From a virus (taxonomy: Duplodnaviria > Caudoviricetes), in the IMG/VR virus record IMGVR_UViG_3300032303_000175, positions 1 to 58,242 of that record: DNA of 58,242 nt; one strand, given 5' to 3'. A program made the translations under genes and the position numbers. Below are positions 18,361 to 30,736 of the stretch, one piece after another. The stretch's first letter is position 1. The number at the start of each line of letters is the position of its first letter. The notes under the pieces were generated by a model. That model was not told the origin of the DNA, did no database searches, and worked only from the letters and a program-made list of their open reading frames with translations.

Positions 18361-21315
18361 ATGGCAACATCGTATGAAATATTCACGTCTAGATTTAAAA
18401 AGACGATCATTGATTCCGTCTATCAAGAGATCGTCTCTAAGACCGCTACGTACTATCATTGGTTTGGTAAAGAAAACTTATGGACAGACTTCTTAAGTCC
18501 ATTCATCCCATCTGGTACTAGTGACACTCCAGGTGCACCATCTTATAATTTTAGATACGAGTTACACGTTAGACGCGATATATTGACTACGAAAAAGATT
18601 AAACCTGCCGATGTATCTTATGTCATACGCCGAATAGATTGGAAACCAAATACCGTATATGATATGTATGACGATGCTATTGAGTCATCAACTGGTGTAG
18701 GTTATGCACCGGCTCCGTCGGGTGCTACTAAATTAGAAGACGCAAATTTCTATGTATTAACATCACAGTATAATGTATATAAATGTATTTGGAATAATGG
18801 CGCAGCTGCATCTACAGTTATGCCTACTGGTACTACACATCAAATCTTTTCTACAACTGACGGATATAAATGGAAGTTTATGTATTCTCTTCCTATATCA
18901 TTAAGAAATAAGTTTTTATCTTCAACTTATATGCCTGTAACTACAGCGCTTAAAGCTCCATACTATTCAGGTGGATCTATCACGGCTATAAACATTGAAG
19001 CCGGAGGCTCAGGTTATAATGCAGGGACTACTACTGCTACTATTAGTGGTACTACTGGTTACAAAGAAGAAAATCCTTATATCATTAATTCTATAACTAT
19101 AGGTGATGCTGGAGATTCATATTCTACTACTCCTACTATTACTATAGATGAGCCATACTTTGCTAATGCTTGGGTATCTAGTGCTAGTATTATAGTTGGA
19201 TCTTATATCAAACATTTTAACTCAGCTACTCAACGTACTAATTACTACTATGTCATCTCCGGTACATTATTAGGTACTTCTGGCCCAACACATACTACAG
19301 GTACTGTGACTAATGGTAGTGCACAATTAAAATATGTAGGCACTCAAGCTAAAGCTTCTTGTGCATTAACTGGTACAGCAATATCTACAATAACTTTAGA
19401 TTATGCAGGTTATGGATATATTAGTACTCCATTAGTGACTACATCAGCTGGTAAAACTAAAGATAACGATTATGCTACAAATAATGCTTTTAGTACTGGC
19501 CAGATTATAAAATCCGGATTAAGATACTATACAGTTACTACGGGAGGTACAACTGGAACTACTGCTCCTACACATACTTCCGGTGCTGTAGCAAATGGAA
19601 CTACATTATTAACATACTTAGCAAGAGATGCAAATCTAACAGCAGCTACATCAAAGACAAACGCTGAGATATCATTAGAAATTAGTCCAAGAACTGATGC
19701 AGTATTTAGAGTAGCTATAACATCCGCAGGAACTAAATATAGCGAAGTGCCTACAATAACATTTACAGACCCTGCAACTCCAGGCGGAGTTACAGCCACA
19801 GGTACTGTTACAATTGCTTCTGGAGGAGTATCATATGTAACTATAAATGATCCGGGCAATGGTTACCTTACAACTCCAACATGTACTATAACAGCTCCAA
19901 AGATTACATTTAATGGTGCTACTTCGGTTGATGATACTGCAGAAACTATTACATATGCCACCCATAAATTTGTTACTGGTGACTCTGTAACTTATTATAA
20001 CGGTGGAGGAACATCTATTACCGGTTTAACTTCAGGTAACACTACAGCTGGTTCATTTGTAACGGCTGGAAGATATATCATTAGAACTTTAACTGGTACT
20101 ACGAATGCACAATGGAATACTGCTGCTGGTACTAGTGGAGTGACTTATGCTGTAGGTGATATATTCACTGCTGCAGCAGCTGGTGCTGGTACAGGTACCG
20201 CTCAAAGGGTATACTACGTTATTCGTACTGACGCTAATACTATTAAGCTTGCTACTACATCAGCTAATGCTACTGCTGGAACTGCAATTAACTTAACAGA
20301 CGGTATAGGAGCAGCTCATGCATTAACCCTTACAAATGGTGCCGCACTAGGTACAGTATACTTAGGTACTGGAGGAGAAGTAGTTGGTTATACTATAACT
20401 AATCCGGGAATAGGTTACACTACAGCAGATATTACAATAACTGATAGTTCTGGATCTGGTTCTGGAGCAAAATTGTCAGTAGACTTTGATATCGGTAACG
20501 TTAATACTTTACAATCAAACGTAGAACTCTTAGCAGTACCAGGATCCATAGAAGCTATTAAAGTAGAAAATGGTGGAACTGGATATGGTGCTGCTATAGT
20601 ATCTATTTTAGGAGACGGCCAAGGAGCTACAGCTACAGCTACAGTTAGCGGTGGTAAAATAATAGCCGTTAATGTCGTGAATAGCGGTTCTGGATATACG
20701 TGGACAGACGTAGTTATTTCTGGCGGGGGTGGTACAGGCGCTTTAGCAAGAGCTATCATGTCACCTTTAGGCGGACATGGTTTCAATGCTGTAGAAGAAC
20801 TATATGCAAGATCACTACAATTTTACACTGCAATGTCTAGAGACTTCAATCAGGGTATAGAAATCACGAATGATTATCGTAAAGCTGGTCTTATTAGAAA
20901 TCTTAAGAAATACGGTACTAATCAAAGGTTTACTGATGAGATAGGTTCTGGATGTGTATTAATTACAGGGCAATTTGATAAATTAAAACTATATCAAGAC
21001 ATGTTGTTACTTAAGAAAGAGGCTTCAGGTATAAACTATAAGAAGTATCGTATAGTTGACTTTAATGATACTCAGATCTTATTATCAGTATTTAATAACT
21101 TTAGTATTAATGTAGGTGATGTAATTGTGACCGATCCTACAAATGGAGGTCTTATTACTAACCCAACATTACCAGTATCTACTATCACAATAGAGAGTGT
21201 TTCAGAAAGAACCATTGACCAATTCTCTGGCGACTTTATGTTCTTTAGTGTTAGAGAACCATACGCCCCTGCAGATGATCAAATTATTACCATAAGAACC
21301 ACTTTAACCTTATAA
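18361..21315 (+). CDS. gp8: Baseplate wedge gp8, expanded by internal repeats
   Basis: VIRRIDW..YDMY, YNVYKCIWN, DGYKWKFMY, GxGY repeats, SPLGGHG. Confidence 0.85.
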   Translation: MATSYEIFTSRFKKTIIDSVYQEIVSKTATYYHWFGKENLWTDFLSPFIPSGTSDTPGAPSYNFRYELHVRRDILTTKKIKPADVSYVIRRIDWKPNTVYDMYDDAIESSTGVGYAPAPSGATKLEDANFYVLTSQYNVYKCIWNNGAAASTVMPTGTTHQIFSTTDGYKWKFMYSLPISLRNKFLSSTYMPVTTALKAPYYSGGSITAINIEAGGSGYNAGTTTATISGTTGYKEENPYIINSITIGDAGDSYSTTPTITIDEPYFANAWVSSASIIVGSYIKHFNSATQRTNYYYVISGTLLGTSGPTHTTGTVTNGSAQLKYVGTQAKASCALTGTAISTITLDYAGYGYISTPLVTTSAGKTKDNDYATNNAFSTGQIIKSGLRYYTVTTGGTTGTTAPTHTSGAVANGTTLLTYLARDANLTAATSKTNAEISLEISPRTDAVFRVAITSAGTKYSEVPTITFTDPATPGGVTATGTVTIASGGVSYVTINDPGNGYLTTPTCTITAPKITFNGATSVDDTAETITYATHKFVTGDSVTYYNGGGTSITGLTSGNTTAGSFVTAGRYIIRTLTGTTNAQWNTAAGTSGVTYAVGDIFTAAAAGAGTGTAQRVYYVIRTDANTIKLATTSANATAGTAINLTDGIGAAHALTLTNGAALGTVYLGTGGEVVGYTITNPGIGYTTADITITDSSGSGSGAKLSVDFDIGNVNTLQSNVELLAVPGSIEAIKVENGGTGYGAAIVSILGDGQGATATATVSGGKIIAVNVVNSGSGYTWTDVVISGGGGTGALARAIMSPLGGHGFNAVEELYARSLQFYTAMSRDFNQGIEITNDYRKAGLIRNLKKYGTNQRFTDEIGSGCVLITGQFDKLKLYQDMLLLKKEASGINYKKYRIVDFNDTQILLSVFNNFSINVGDVIVTDPTNGGLITNPTLPVSTITIESVSERTIDQFSGDFMFFSVREPYAPADDQIITIRTTLTL

Positions 21316-21318
21316 ATA
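21311..21318 (+). promoter_or_regulatory. Late promoter TATAAATA
   Basis: Exact consensus overlapping the gp8 stop, upstream of the 1793-aa gene. Confidence 0.75.
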
Positions 21319-21345
21319 TATAAAACATTGAAAGAGTAACCAGAT

Positions 21346-24300
21346 ATGTCACTTAACTTTAATATTAACCCCTACTATGATGACTTTGATGAGAAGAAAA
21401 ATTATCATCGAATCTTGTTCCGTCCCGGATATGCGGTCCAAGCTAGAGAGTTAACTCAACTCCAAACACAAATCCAAGACCAAATCAATAAGTTTGGTAA
21501 ACACGTATTTGTTAATGGATCTGTAGTCACTGGTGGTGGAAGATTATTTGAGAACGATGTCGTTTCTATTAAATTAGATTCTTCATTTGCTGGTGTATCT
21601 GTAGACTATGCAAAATTTCAGGGTACAATCATTACCGGCGGTACTTCTGGAACAAAGGCTATAGTTAAGTTAGCTATTGGTCCTATAGGTACTGATCCTA
21701 TCACTCTATTAGTTAAAGTTATATCAGGTACAACATTTAGTTCATCAGAGACTATAACCACAGATACTGTAGTAGCTTATTCAGCTAAAATACAAACGAC
21801 AGATCCATTTAATGATGCAATCGTATTCTCTGTAGATGCTGGTGTATATTTTATTGATGGTAAATTTGTATATGTGGAAGCACAAACTATTGCTGTAGAA
21901 AAATATACAAACATTACTTCTAAGAACATTGGCTTCTTAGTGACCGAGAGTGAAGTAAATTCAGATACTGATACCAGTTTATTAGATCGAGCTCAAGGTA
22001 CTACAAACTATGCAGCACCTGGAGCTAATAGATATGGCATTACATTAACACTATCATCAAAAACTTTAGTTTCATCAGTAGCTAACTTTATTGAAATAGC
22101 TAGGGTCGTAGGCGGAGCATTAGTAGTCAATAAAGATAAAACTATCTATTCAGAGATTGGCAAAGAGCTTGCTCGTAGAACATTCGATGAGTCTGGTGAC
22201 TACACAGTTAAAAAATGGCCGATACAAATATTAGATCATCAAGCAACATCTCCAGATTCAACCAAATTTTCAGTAGCTTTAGATCCTGGAAAAGGATATG
22301 TCAAAGGCTATGAATATGAAAGTATCAATCAAGAATTCTTAACATTAGATAGAGCTAGAGATACAGCTAGCGCACTAGGTGAAAATCTAAGTGTTAATTA
22401 TGGTAATTACTTATATGTTACAAGTGTATATGGTGCATTTAGGACCACATCTAGTACACTGACATCTCTTGAATTACATGGTACGACTAGGGCTTCATCT
22501 GTAACCGGTTCAATCACTACTACAGTATTAACAGTGACAGCTGTTGGTTCTGGAGTACTTGGAATTGGTACTATACTCTCAGGAACAGGTGTTACTTCTG
22601 GAACTTATATTACTGCGCAATTAACTTCAACTGAGACTGACGGATCATTAGGCGGCAAAGGAACATATACTGTAACTCCATCTCATGCTTCACCTACAGG
22701 TAGTGTTACAATTACTGGTGCTGCAGGAGCTAATTCAAAAATTGGTACCGCTAAAATTAGATTCATGAAATGGGCCTCTGGAACGGCTGGTACTGGTGCT
22801 AAGTATAAGATGTATATATTTAATATTACTATGGATTCTGGAAAATACTTTAAAGATGTTGAATCTTTAATATACAATTCTGGATCTGGTGCATATATTA
22901 CAGCTGGAGCAAACGTTGATCTATTAAGTAAAGTTGGCGGATCTTTATCTGGAAATGTATTCTTAAATGGCCAAGACGCTCCTGGTTTAGTATTCCCATT
23001 ATCAAATCAATATGTACAATCAATAACTACTACAGAGTATAGGACTCAAAGAGCTATAGCATTAACATTTACTGCAGGCATTGCTTACTCAACACTAAGT
23101 ACTAATGAACAATGGGTAGGAGCTGCTACAGTAAGTTCTGATGATAAAAATGCACACTATCATATAGTACTTAATGCTGCACCAAGTAATGCTGGAACTA
23201 CTGGATACACTCTAGGGTCTATCGTAGATATGACTTTGACAACAAGATCTATAGTCAAGAGTGGCACAGCAAATGTCAGTCAACAAATTACTGTAGATTT
23301 AAAAGATGCGGCATTCGCAGGTACCGCAATATTAATAGCAGATATTGATCTTACTGCACAACTCCCATCAATTAGGACTAAGGCGCTATCGGGTTACTCT
23401 ATTAAGATATTGGGTACTGGTTCTGCAGGCGGTTTAAATGTATCAGCTGGTGGTAAAGATTCATTAGCTATATCAGACATATACGATGTAGCAGGTGTCT
23501 ATAATACTGGTGCAGTAAACCCAACTGCTGTCACTATTAATTCGACTACAGGAGTCCTTACATGGGGTGCAGTAGCAAAAACAGATGTAACTACAAACTA
23601 TAGTGTTGACAATGGTCAACGTGCAGAATTTTATGATCATGGTAATATAGTACTCACTGGCACAGCTCCAACAGCAACACATTATCTATTAGTAGTATAT
23701 AGAAGTTTTGCTCATACAGGCTCTGGCTATTTGTCAAAGAATTCATACTCCGTTTCATATGCAGATATCCCTACATTTACCGACCCATCTACTGGTAAGA
23801 TATATCAACTAAGAGACTCTATAGACTTCAGACCTAAGCGTGATAATGGAGCTACTACCCTATCAAATAATCAAATTCCAGACCCAGATGCAACAATGGA
23901 AATGACATATGACTATTATTTGGGTAGATTTGATAAGATCATAGCTACTTCAGATAAACAGTTTATCGTTAAGAAAGGTGTTTCTGCGATATATCCAAAA
24001 GTTCCTTCTGATGAGTCTAATGGTATGTCATTGTACATCTTAGGTATACCTCCATATACAGCAAATGTTAAAGATGTACAAATTAAATATCTCGATAATA
24101 AGCGCTATACTATGCGTGATATAGGTAAATTAGAAAAAAGAATAAACACATTAGAGTATTATACTCAATTATCATTACTTGAAAAACAAGCTAAAGATAC
24201 TTCGATCCCGGATTCTACTAATCAGGAGAAGTTTAAGAACGGTTTTGCCGTAGATCCTTTCACATCTGCAGATATATTTGCAACTACAGCTGCTACATGG

Positions 24301-26727
24301 TCTCAGCGTCGTTGGGGTTGGTGGTCATCATGGTTCAATGGCTCTAATACATTTAGTGCTGCAGCATCAAATTATAATGATAATTCTATAGCACAAGCCG
24401 CAAATATAGACTTTAAAGCTGCCATAGATCCTATCAACCAAGAATTGAGAGCACCATTTACAGTTAATTTTAGTGGATTTGATACATCAACTAAGACTAA
24501 TACTGTTAAGACTGGGGATTTGGTAACATTAGGTTTTTCTGAAGCCATTGCTATACAACAATCATTAGCTACTACATACACAAATATAAATCCATTTAAC
24601 GTTGTTAGATTTATTGGTGCTATCACACTTGAGCCAGCCTTTGATCAATGGGTAGACACACAATACTTACCTGCAGTTAATAAATTAGTTGATGTACAGC
24701 TACAAGATGCAGCTGATATTAATCAAACAGTAGTTACAGGATACTTTAGTAAAGCTAAAGTCTGGGCAACTACTAACGTTACTACTACAACTACAACTAA
24801 TGTTGTTGGTTCTACAACATCTAATTTAGGCACAAATGTAGTAGATATTCAATACATCCCATTTATTAGAGCTAATACCGTTATTGGAGTAGGTAAATCA
24901 TTTAAACCTAAATCTAGACTTTGGCCATTTGTTGAGAATACAAGCATAAGTGCATACGTTAAACCATTAACTCTGATCACTATTCAAAATCATACTGGTA
25001 CATTATTCAATGACACACAAGGCGTATATGAATCATTAACTATCCATACAGGTAGTTCAGTGGGTACACAAACTGGTACTGCTAAGACCGCGCTATACTC
25101 ACAACCTACAACAACAGACTCTACTAAACGTCTATTGACAGTATTTAGCACTACAGGAACTATTGCTGTAGGCCAATATGTAGTTGGTAGCAGTGGTGGA
25201 TACGGAGTGATTACAGCTATCAGCACATATTCTTTAGGTGATAATTTAATCCCTGATGAGTATGGTTATATTGGATTTCAGTTTAATATTCCAGCTAATA
25301 CATTTAAAACTGGAGAAAGAACTGTTAGATTAATTGATAATTCAATCAATGATGTTCAAGCTCAAGAATCTATTGGTGAAGCTAAGTATACTGCTATTGG
25401 CACACTACAGACTAAACAAGAAACGCTCTTAACTACACGATCAGTGCAAAGACAAAAGACCACTGTGACTACAGGTTATTACTATGATCCTACAGCTCAA
25501 ACTTTCATGGTAGATGACAGAGCAAATCCACAAGGATTCCATGTATCATCTGTAGATGTATATTTTAAATCTAAGTCTTCTACTATTCCTGTTACTTTAG
25601 AACTACGTAGGACGGTTAATGGTTATCCAGAGTCAGTACGTACTATTCCATTTGCTGAAGTAGTATTAAACCCAGAAGACGTAAGTATCTCAGATGATGC
25701 ATCTGTCGCTACAACATTTAACTTTGCAAATCCAATCCATCTATCCCCAGACGAATATGCTCTTGTATTAGTATCTAATTCAAATGATTATCAAGTGTTC
25801 GTATCTGAAATTGGTGGCACAGTCATAGGTACTACAACTAAAGTTGATAAACAACCGTATATTGGTTCATTATTCAAGTCACAAAATGCTTCTACATGGG
25901 AAGCTGATCAAAATAAAGATCTTAAATTTACTATCCGCAGAGCGGACTTCGTCTCTTCTGGTACTGTTGAGTTTAATATTACTGACCCATATGCATTGCT
26001 AAATTATCATACACTCTTTATCAAAACGTCTACAGTATTGCCAACAGGCACCGTAGTAAATTGGGCTGCAAAAGCTTGGTATGGAGCAAGTGCATTTGAT
26101 ACAACATGGATTCCTATTAATATTAATCAAGATATTAATTATGATGAATTAAGACAATTGGCTGCAGCAGCAAGTACTGGTACTGGCGCTCCTAGCTTAA
26201 GATTACAGGCTATATTAACCACTGACAATACATCAGTATCTCCAGCAATCGATGCTGCAGCACTTTCAGTAGTTACAGCATTAAATAGTATTAACAATGA
26301 TACTACTGGAGAAGCTAGTGCAAAATCTGGTGGTAATGCTTCAGCTAAATATATAAGTAAACCTATTAGCTTAGCAGACGGGTTTGATGCTTCTAACTTA
26401 TGTGTAACCGTAGATGTTAATATGCCATCTGGTACATCGATAGCTGTTTACTATAAGACATTGCCTACAGAAAAGACTACTCCTATTGATGATGAAAGCT
26501 GGGCAATTATGAATCAAGAGAAGGTAGTTGCTGCATCAACTACAGCGTTTGACTTTAGAGAATATAGATTCTTCCCGGTTGGTGCAACTAATGTCTATGG
26601 AGTACCACAAGATAATCCTATCACTCCTAGGTTTAATGCATTTCAAATTAAGATAGTTATGTTGTCTTCTAGTCAAGCTCAAACACCAAGACTAAGAGAT
26701 CTTAGAATTATCGCATTGGATACTTAA
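21346..26727 (+). CDS. Large virion structural protein (DUF4815/VrlC-like)
   Basis: [70 protein letters not shown]. Confidence 0.85.
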   Translation: MSLNFNINPYYDDFDEKKNYHRILFRPGYAVQARELTQLQTQIQDQINKFGKHVFVNGSVVTGGGRLFENDVVSIKLDSSFAGVSVDYAKFQGTIITGGTSGTKAIVKLAIGPIGTDPITLLVKVISGTTFSSSETITTDTVVAYSAKIQTTDPFNDAIVFSVDAGVYFIDGKFVYVEAQTIAVEKYTNITSKNIGFLVTESEVNSDTDTSLLDRAQGTTNYAAPGANRYGITLTLSSKTLVSSVANFIEIARVVGGALVVNKDKTIYSEIGKELARRTFDESGDYTVKKWPIQILDHQATSPDSTKFSVALDPGKGYVKGYEYESINQEFLTLDRARDTASALGENLSVNYGNYLYVTSVYGAFRTTSSTLTSLELHGTTRASSVTGSITTTVLTVTAVGSGVLGIGTILSGTGVTSGTYITAQLTSTETDGSLGGKGTYTVTPSHASPTGSVTITGAAGANSKIGTAKIRFMKWASGTAGTGAKYKMYIFNITMDSGKYFKDVESLIYNSGSGAYITAGANVDLLSKVGGSLSGNVFLNGQDAPGLVFPLSNQYVQSITTTEYRTQRAIALTFTAGIAYSTLSTNEQWVGAATVSSDDKNAHYHIVLNAAPSNAGTTGYTLGSIVDMTLTTRSIVKSGTANVSQQITVDLKDAAFAGTAILIADIDLTAQLPSIRTKALSGYSIKILGTGSAGGLNVSAGGKDSLAISDIYDVAGVYNTGAVNPTAVTINSTTGVLTWGAVAKTDVTTNYSVDNGQRAEFYDHGNIVLTGTAPTATHYLLVVYRSFAHTGSGYLSKNSYSVSYADIPTFTDPSTGKIYQLRDSIDFRPKRDNGATTLSNNQIPDPDATMEMTYDYYLGRFDKIIATSDKQFIVKKGVSAIYPKVPSDESNGMSLYILGIPPYTANVKDVQIKYLDNKRYTMRDIGKLEKRINTLEYYTQLSLLEKQAKDTSIPDSTNQEKFKNGFAVDPFTSADIFATTAATWSQRRWGWWSSWFNGSNTFSAAASNYNDNSIAQAANIDFKAAIDPINQELRAPFTVNFSGFDTSTKTNTVKTGDLVTLGFSEAIAIQQSLATTYTNINPFNVVRFIGAITLEPAFDQWVDTQYLPAVNKLVDVQLQDAADINQTVVTGYFSKAKVWATTNVTTTTTTNVVGSTTSNLGTNVVDIQYIPFIRANTVIGVGKSFKPKSRLWPFVENTSISAYVKPLTLITIQNHTGTLFNDTQGVYESLTIHTGSSVGTQTGTAKTALYSQPTTTDSTKRLLTVFSTTGTIAVGQYVVGSSGGYGVITAISTYSLGDNLIPDEYGYIGFQFNIPANTFKTGERTVRLIDNSINDVQAQESIGEAKYTAIGTLQTKQETLLTTRSVQRQKTTVTTGYYYDPTAQTFMVDDRANPQGFHVSSVDVYFKSKSSTIPVTLELRRTVNGYPESVRTIPFAEVVLNPEDVSISDDASVATTFNFANPIHLSPDEYALVLVSNSNDYQVFVSEIGGTVIGTTTKVDKQPYIGSLFKSQNASTWEADQNKDLKFTIRRADFVSSGTVEFNITDPYALLNYHTLFIKTSTVLPTGTVVNWAAKAWYGASAFDTTWIPININQDINYDELRQLAAAASTGTGAPSLRLQAILTTDNTSVSPAIDAAALSVVTALNSINNDTTGEASAKSGGNASAKYISKPISLADGFDASNLCVTVDVNMPSGTSIAVYYKTLPTEKTTPIDDESWAIMNQEKVVAASTTAFDFREYRFFPVGATNVYGVPQDNPITPRFNAFQIKIVMLSSSQAQTPRLRDLRIIALDT

Positions 26728-26728
26728 T

Positions 26729-26935
26729 ATGAAGATACGAGTAGAGAATGAGAGTTTAGTTAGAGACACTACTACTAATGCTATATTAGAGGTAGACATT
26801 TCTAAGTTAAATCAACACAGAGCTATAAAACAGACTATTAAAGATAGAGAACAGAAGTTAGATTATTTGCTTGAAAAAATAAACAAATTAGAATCAATTA
26901 TAGAACGGATGAATAATGGCGACAATATTACTTAG
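26729..26935 (+). CDS. Small hypothetical coiled-coil protein
   Basis: LVRD..NAI motif; coupled to flanking genes. Confidence 0.65.
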   Translation: MKIRVENESLVRDTTTNAILEVDISKLNQHRAIKQTIKDREQKLDYLLEKINKLESIIERMNNGDNIT

Positions 26936-28094
26936 ACTAGGCGCAACAGGTGCGACGGGAGTTAAAAATTCCCCTCTTACTAATGCAGAAATAGATACTA
27001 ACTTTAGTAATCTTAATACTGACATAGGTACTAGATTATTATCCACTGATTATACTGCAGCTGATATTTTAACAAAGATTAAGACTGTAGACGGTACAGG
27101 TTCAGGATTAGACGCAGATCTATTAGATGGTCTAAACGCGGTATCCGGTGCTACTGGTGCTAGCATAGTATCTCGAGATGCTTCTGGTAACTTTTCAGCT
27201 GGTACTATTACTGCAACGTTTACTGGTAATGTAACAGGTAATACTGCTGGTGTACATACTGGTGCAGTAACAGGTAATGTAACAGGTAATACTGCTGGTG
27301 TACATACTGGTGCAGTAACAGGTAATGTAACAGGTAACTTAACTGGTAATGTAACTGGTAATACTACGGGAACTCAAAATGGCGCAGTAGGTAATATTAC
27401 TCCAAGTACTGGTGCATTTACTACACTAAGTGCATCTGGAACATTATCAGCCGGTGGAGCAGTAACTTTAGGTGGTACAGTAAGTGTAAATGGTTCTAAT
27501 GGTACAACTGGTCAATACTTAAAATCTAGAGGTTCTAGTTTAAATCCAATATGGGATACCGTATCAGTTAGTTTGATTTCTCAAGTTACAGACACACTAC
27601 CACCTGGAAACGGTGGTACAGGTTTAACTTCTCCTGGTACTACAGGAAATGTATTATTATCTAATGGTACATCGTGGGATAGTCAACCTATTAATATTAC
27701 TGTAACTGAATTAAATAATGATCCCACCGGATCATTCCCAACGGATGAGCAAATAGGAACAGCTCCAATATTTGCTGCTCGAGCATGGGCCCATTTTGAT
27801 GGTACAAAAGATACTTCTAATGCTACATCTACATCAAATACAAATAGATTAATTAAAGCTAGTGGAAACGTTACATCTATATTAAGAAATTCTATTGGTA
27901 ATTATACATTAACATTTAGAACGGCTTTACCTAGTGCTAACTTTGCAGCTATAGCTACAGGATTTTTAACTTCTGGTAATGCAGCTATAGTTACTACTGA
28001 TAATTATACAACAACTACATTAACATTAAATTGTGTAGATTCTAGTAACGCTGAAGCAGACTTTTCACATGTAAACGTTGTGATATTTGGATAA
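26916..28094 (+). CDS. Tail fibre-like protein
   Basis: PLTNAEIDTNF anchor, GSGLDADLLDG, TGNV repeats, ARAWAHFDG C-terminal domain. Confidence 0.75.
   Translation: MATILLRLGATGATGVKNSPLTNAEIDTNFSNLNTDIGTRLLSTDYTAADILTKIKTVDGTGSGLDADLLDGLNAVSGATGASIVSRDASGNFSAGTITATFTGNVTGNTAGVHTGAVTGNVTGNTAGVHTGAVTGNVTGNLTGNVTGNTTGTQNGAVGNITPSTGAFTTLSASGTLSAGGAVTLGGTVSVNGSNGTTGQYLKSRGSSLNPIWDTVSVSLISQVTDTLPPGNGGTGLTSPGTTGNVLLSNGTSWDSQPINITVTELNNDPTGSFPTDEQIGTAPIFAARAWAHFDGTKDTSNATSTSNTNRLIKASGNVTSILRNSIGNYTLTFRTALPSANFAAIATGFLTSGNAAIVTTDNYTTTTLTLNCVDSSNAEADFSHVNVVIFG
27225..27337 (+). repeat. 48-nt tandem duplication within TGNV repeats
   Basis: ggtaatgtaacaggtaatactgctggtgtacatactggtgcagtaaca twice plus a partial copy. 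Confidence 0.85.
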
Positions 28095-28103
28095 GGACAT
28101 TAA

Positions 28104-29204
28104 ATGGCAAGCTTAACACTACGAAGCATTAAGGGATCTCCTCTAACACTAGCAGAGGTAGATGCAAACTTTACTGCATTAAACACTGAACTTGGCGATA
28201 AAGTAGCTACTACATCATATACTGCGGCAGATGTACTTTCGAAACTATTAACTGTTGATGGAGCAAGCTCCGGTTTAGATGCTGACTTTGTTGACGGTTT
28301 AAATCCATCTGCAACAAATGTTGGTAATAGTTTAGTATCTAGGAATGCTTCAGGTAACTTTGCTGCAGGTACTATTACTGCAACATTAACTGGTAATGTA
28401 ACAGGCAACTTAACTGGAAATGTAACAGGCAACTTAACTGGAAATGTAACAGGCAATATTAGCGGTTCAGCTGGTACATTAGCTAATGTTAGAACTATCT
28501 CTATAACAGGAGATGGTTCATGGTCTGCATCTTACGATGGTTCTGCAAATACAACTGGTGCTTTTACATTAGCAACTAGTGGTGTAGTTGCTGGAACATA
28601 TACTAAGATTACTGTCGATGCTAAAGGCAGAGCTACTGTTGGTGCATCACTAAGCGGCACTGATGTTACTACAGCTTTAGGTTATACTCCATGGCATTCA
28701 GGTAATGATGGAACTGGATCTGGATTAGATGCAGACTTATTAGATGGATATAATTCAGCAACTACTGCTACAGCAAATACTATAGCGTTGCGAGATTCTT
28801 CTGGTGACTTAACAGCGAATGTATTTAAAGGCACAGCAACGTCTGCAAGATATGCTGACTTAGCAGAAAAATATACTACAGATAAAGAATACTCGATTGG
28901 CACTGTCATTGTCATCTCAGATAAAGAAGATTCTGAATGCTCAGCATCAGACTATATAGGACAACATGCTATAGGAGTTATATCAGAGAATCCAGCATTC
29001 TTAATGAATTCTGAATCATCTGGTCAAGCAGTTGCCATCAAAGGAAGAGTGCCTGTTAGAATAATTGGCCCAATTAGAAAAGGTGAATCTGTTTGTGCAG
29101 CTACAAATGGTCAAGCTACACTAGGTCAACTTAATGCGATCGCAGTTGCATTAAAGACAGATTTAACACATGAAGAAAAATTAGTGGAGTGCTTTATATT
29201 ATAA
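28104..29204 (+). CDS. Tail fibre-like protein with C-terminal autoproteolytic chaperone-like domain
   Basis: N-terminus paralogous to 26916; GLDAD twice; ARYADLAEKY..GVISENPAFLMN..GRVPV. Confidence 0.75.
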   Translation: MASLTLRSIKGSPLTLAEVDANFTALNTELGDKVATTSYTAADVLSKLLTVDGASSGLDADFVDGLNPSATNVGNSLVSRNASGNFAAGTITATLTGNVTGNLTGNVTGNLTGNVTGNISGSAGTLANVRTISITGDGSWSASYDGSANTTGAFTLATSGVVAGTYTKITVDAKGRATVGASLSGTDVTTALGYTPWHSGNDGTGSGLDADLLDGYNSATTATANTIALRDSSGDLTANVFKGTATSARYADLAEKYTTDKEYSIGTVIVISDKEDSECSASDYIGQHAIGVISENPAFLMNSESSGQAVAIKGRVPVRIIGPIRKGESVCAATNGQATLGQLNAIAVALKTDLTHEEKLVECFIL

Positions 29205-29704
29205 CACTTAATGAAGTTGTTGAATTTATTCACAACCCTTTGTCATACAAGCAAAATTTAGTTTCATTAATAAATGACAGGGGGATGCAAATCCCCCTTA
29301 ATCATTCTAGTGAACTATATGATGATGAGCCTAAAACTATTAAGATCGAAGGGATGGAACGCTATTCTAAAGCAATTTTAGATAAGTGTCGTGAGTTAGC
29401 TAATGAATATGATCATCATGGTCCTGTGACATGTCATGCATTCATTGCTCAAGAAAACTCTCCGTCATTTGATATTCATACTGATCCAGACGATGTCATC
29501 ATAGTCTGTTGTGAAGGTAAAAAAACCATGACGGTGGATGGCGCATATATAGTATTAGAAGCAGGAGAACATGTTCATATTCCAGCTAATACACCGCATC
29601 AAGCACTAAATGAACATGCAGCATTAACGTTAAGCTTTGGTTTAGAAAACTATTTGAAGGATAAATCTCATAATGAATTGGATGTTTTACCTAAAGACGA
29701 CTGA
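29189..29704 (+). CDS. JmjC/cupin-4 family oxygenase
   Basis: SFDIHTD..EGKK..IPANTPHQA (HxD...H triad). Confidence 0.8.
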   Translation: MLYIITLNEVVEFIHNPLSYKQNLVSLINDRGMQIPLNHSSELYDDEPKTIKIEGMERYSKAILDKCRELANEYDHHGPVTCHAFIAQENSPSFDIHTDPDDVIIVCCEGKKTMTVDGAYIVLEAGEHVHIPANTPHQALNEHAALTLSFGLENYLKDKSHNELDVLPKDD

Positions 29705-30716
29705 GACATGTAACTTAAACTGTCGCCATTGTTTTACTAACGGTATAAATGGCGCAAAGATATATTGGGATCATAATAAAGTAATAGATTGGATCCATAG
29801 GTTTTCAAAACACGCAGCAGATACTGATACAGCTCATTGTGAGTTTCATGGTGGAGAACCATTCTTAGTCCCAGTGTCTCAAATGTATGAGGTATGGGAC
29901 AAGTGTAAGACTGCATTTACTAATATGACGTGGGGTGCAACCACTAATTTAGTATTTAAGTTATATCAAGAACATATAGATTTAATAAAGGGTCCATTTG
30001 AAGGTCGCATTGGCACTTCATGGGATCCAAAAATAAGATTTGATAATAAGAAGCAAGTAGATCTTTGGCGAAGTAATGTAAAGACATTGCTGTCTGAAGG
30101 CATAACAATAAGATTGTTTATAAGTGTCACCAAAGATACTATAGCTATAGATCCAATAGTATTGTTGAGATGGATAAGAAGGTTAGGAGTTCAAGAAGTA
30201 TCATTTGAGAGATTAACTAATAATGGTAACGCTAAGAAATTCCCAGAGATATTCCCATCTAATATAGACCAAGATGCTTGGTTCCTTAAGATGCACGAAC
30301 AATCTGCACAATATGGAACAAGAGATTGGTTTGATAATGACTTCTTAGAAGTAGTATACTCTAAGTTTGAGACTGGATTCAATAAAGGTGGTACATTCTG
30401 TAGAGATTGTGAAGAGAAGATATTCACATTAAATGCTGATGGAACCATATCTGGATGCCCAAATTCTGCGCCAGAGTTTCAATTTGGACATATAGAAGAT
30501 CCTATAAAAGATCTTATAAATAGTCCAATAAGATTAGAAAACATGGCATGTGAAGCATCAAGGAACGAGATATGTTATTCGTGTGATGTATTTCAATACT
30601 GTGGTGGAGACTGTCACCAATTAGCCTGGGAAGGCGATTTATGTGGAGCTCCAAAGAGTTTAATGAGAGAACTTGCAAAGACTCAGAGAAAAGTATTCTC
30701 TATAATGCAAGTATAA
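29673..30716 (+). CDS. Radical SAM/SPASM-domain enzyme 1
   Basis: CNLNCRHC, FHGGEP; SPASM-type CRDC..GCPN..CYSC..CGGDC..C. Confidence 0.92.
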   Translation: MNWMFYLKTTETCNLNCRHCFTNGINGAKIYWDHNKVIDWIHRFSKHAADTDTAHCEFHGGEPFLVPVSQMYEVWDKCKTAFTNMTWGATTNLVFKLYQEHIDLIKGPFEGRIGTSWDPKIRFDNKKQVDLWRSNVKTLLSEGITIRLFISVTKDTIAIDPIVLLRWIRRLGVQEVSFERLTNNGNAKKFPEIFPSNIDQDAWFLKMHEQSAQYGTRDWFDNDFLEVVYSKFETGFNKGGTFCRDCEEKIFTLNADGTISGCPNSAPEFQFGHIEDPIKDLINSPIRLENMACEASRNEICYSCDVFQYCGGDCHQLAWEGDLCGAPKSLMRELAKTQRKVFSIMQV

Positions 30717-30719
30717 ATA
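30712..30719 (+). promoter_or_regulatory. Late promoter for the CHxS-tail protein
   Basis: Exact TATAAATA followed by SD aagga; second exact copy at 30515-30522. Confidence 0.75.
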
Positions 30720-30736
30720 GTATAAAGGAAGAATAG

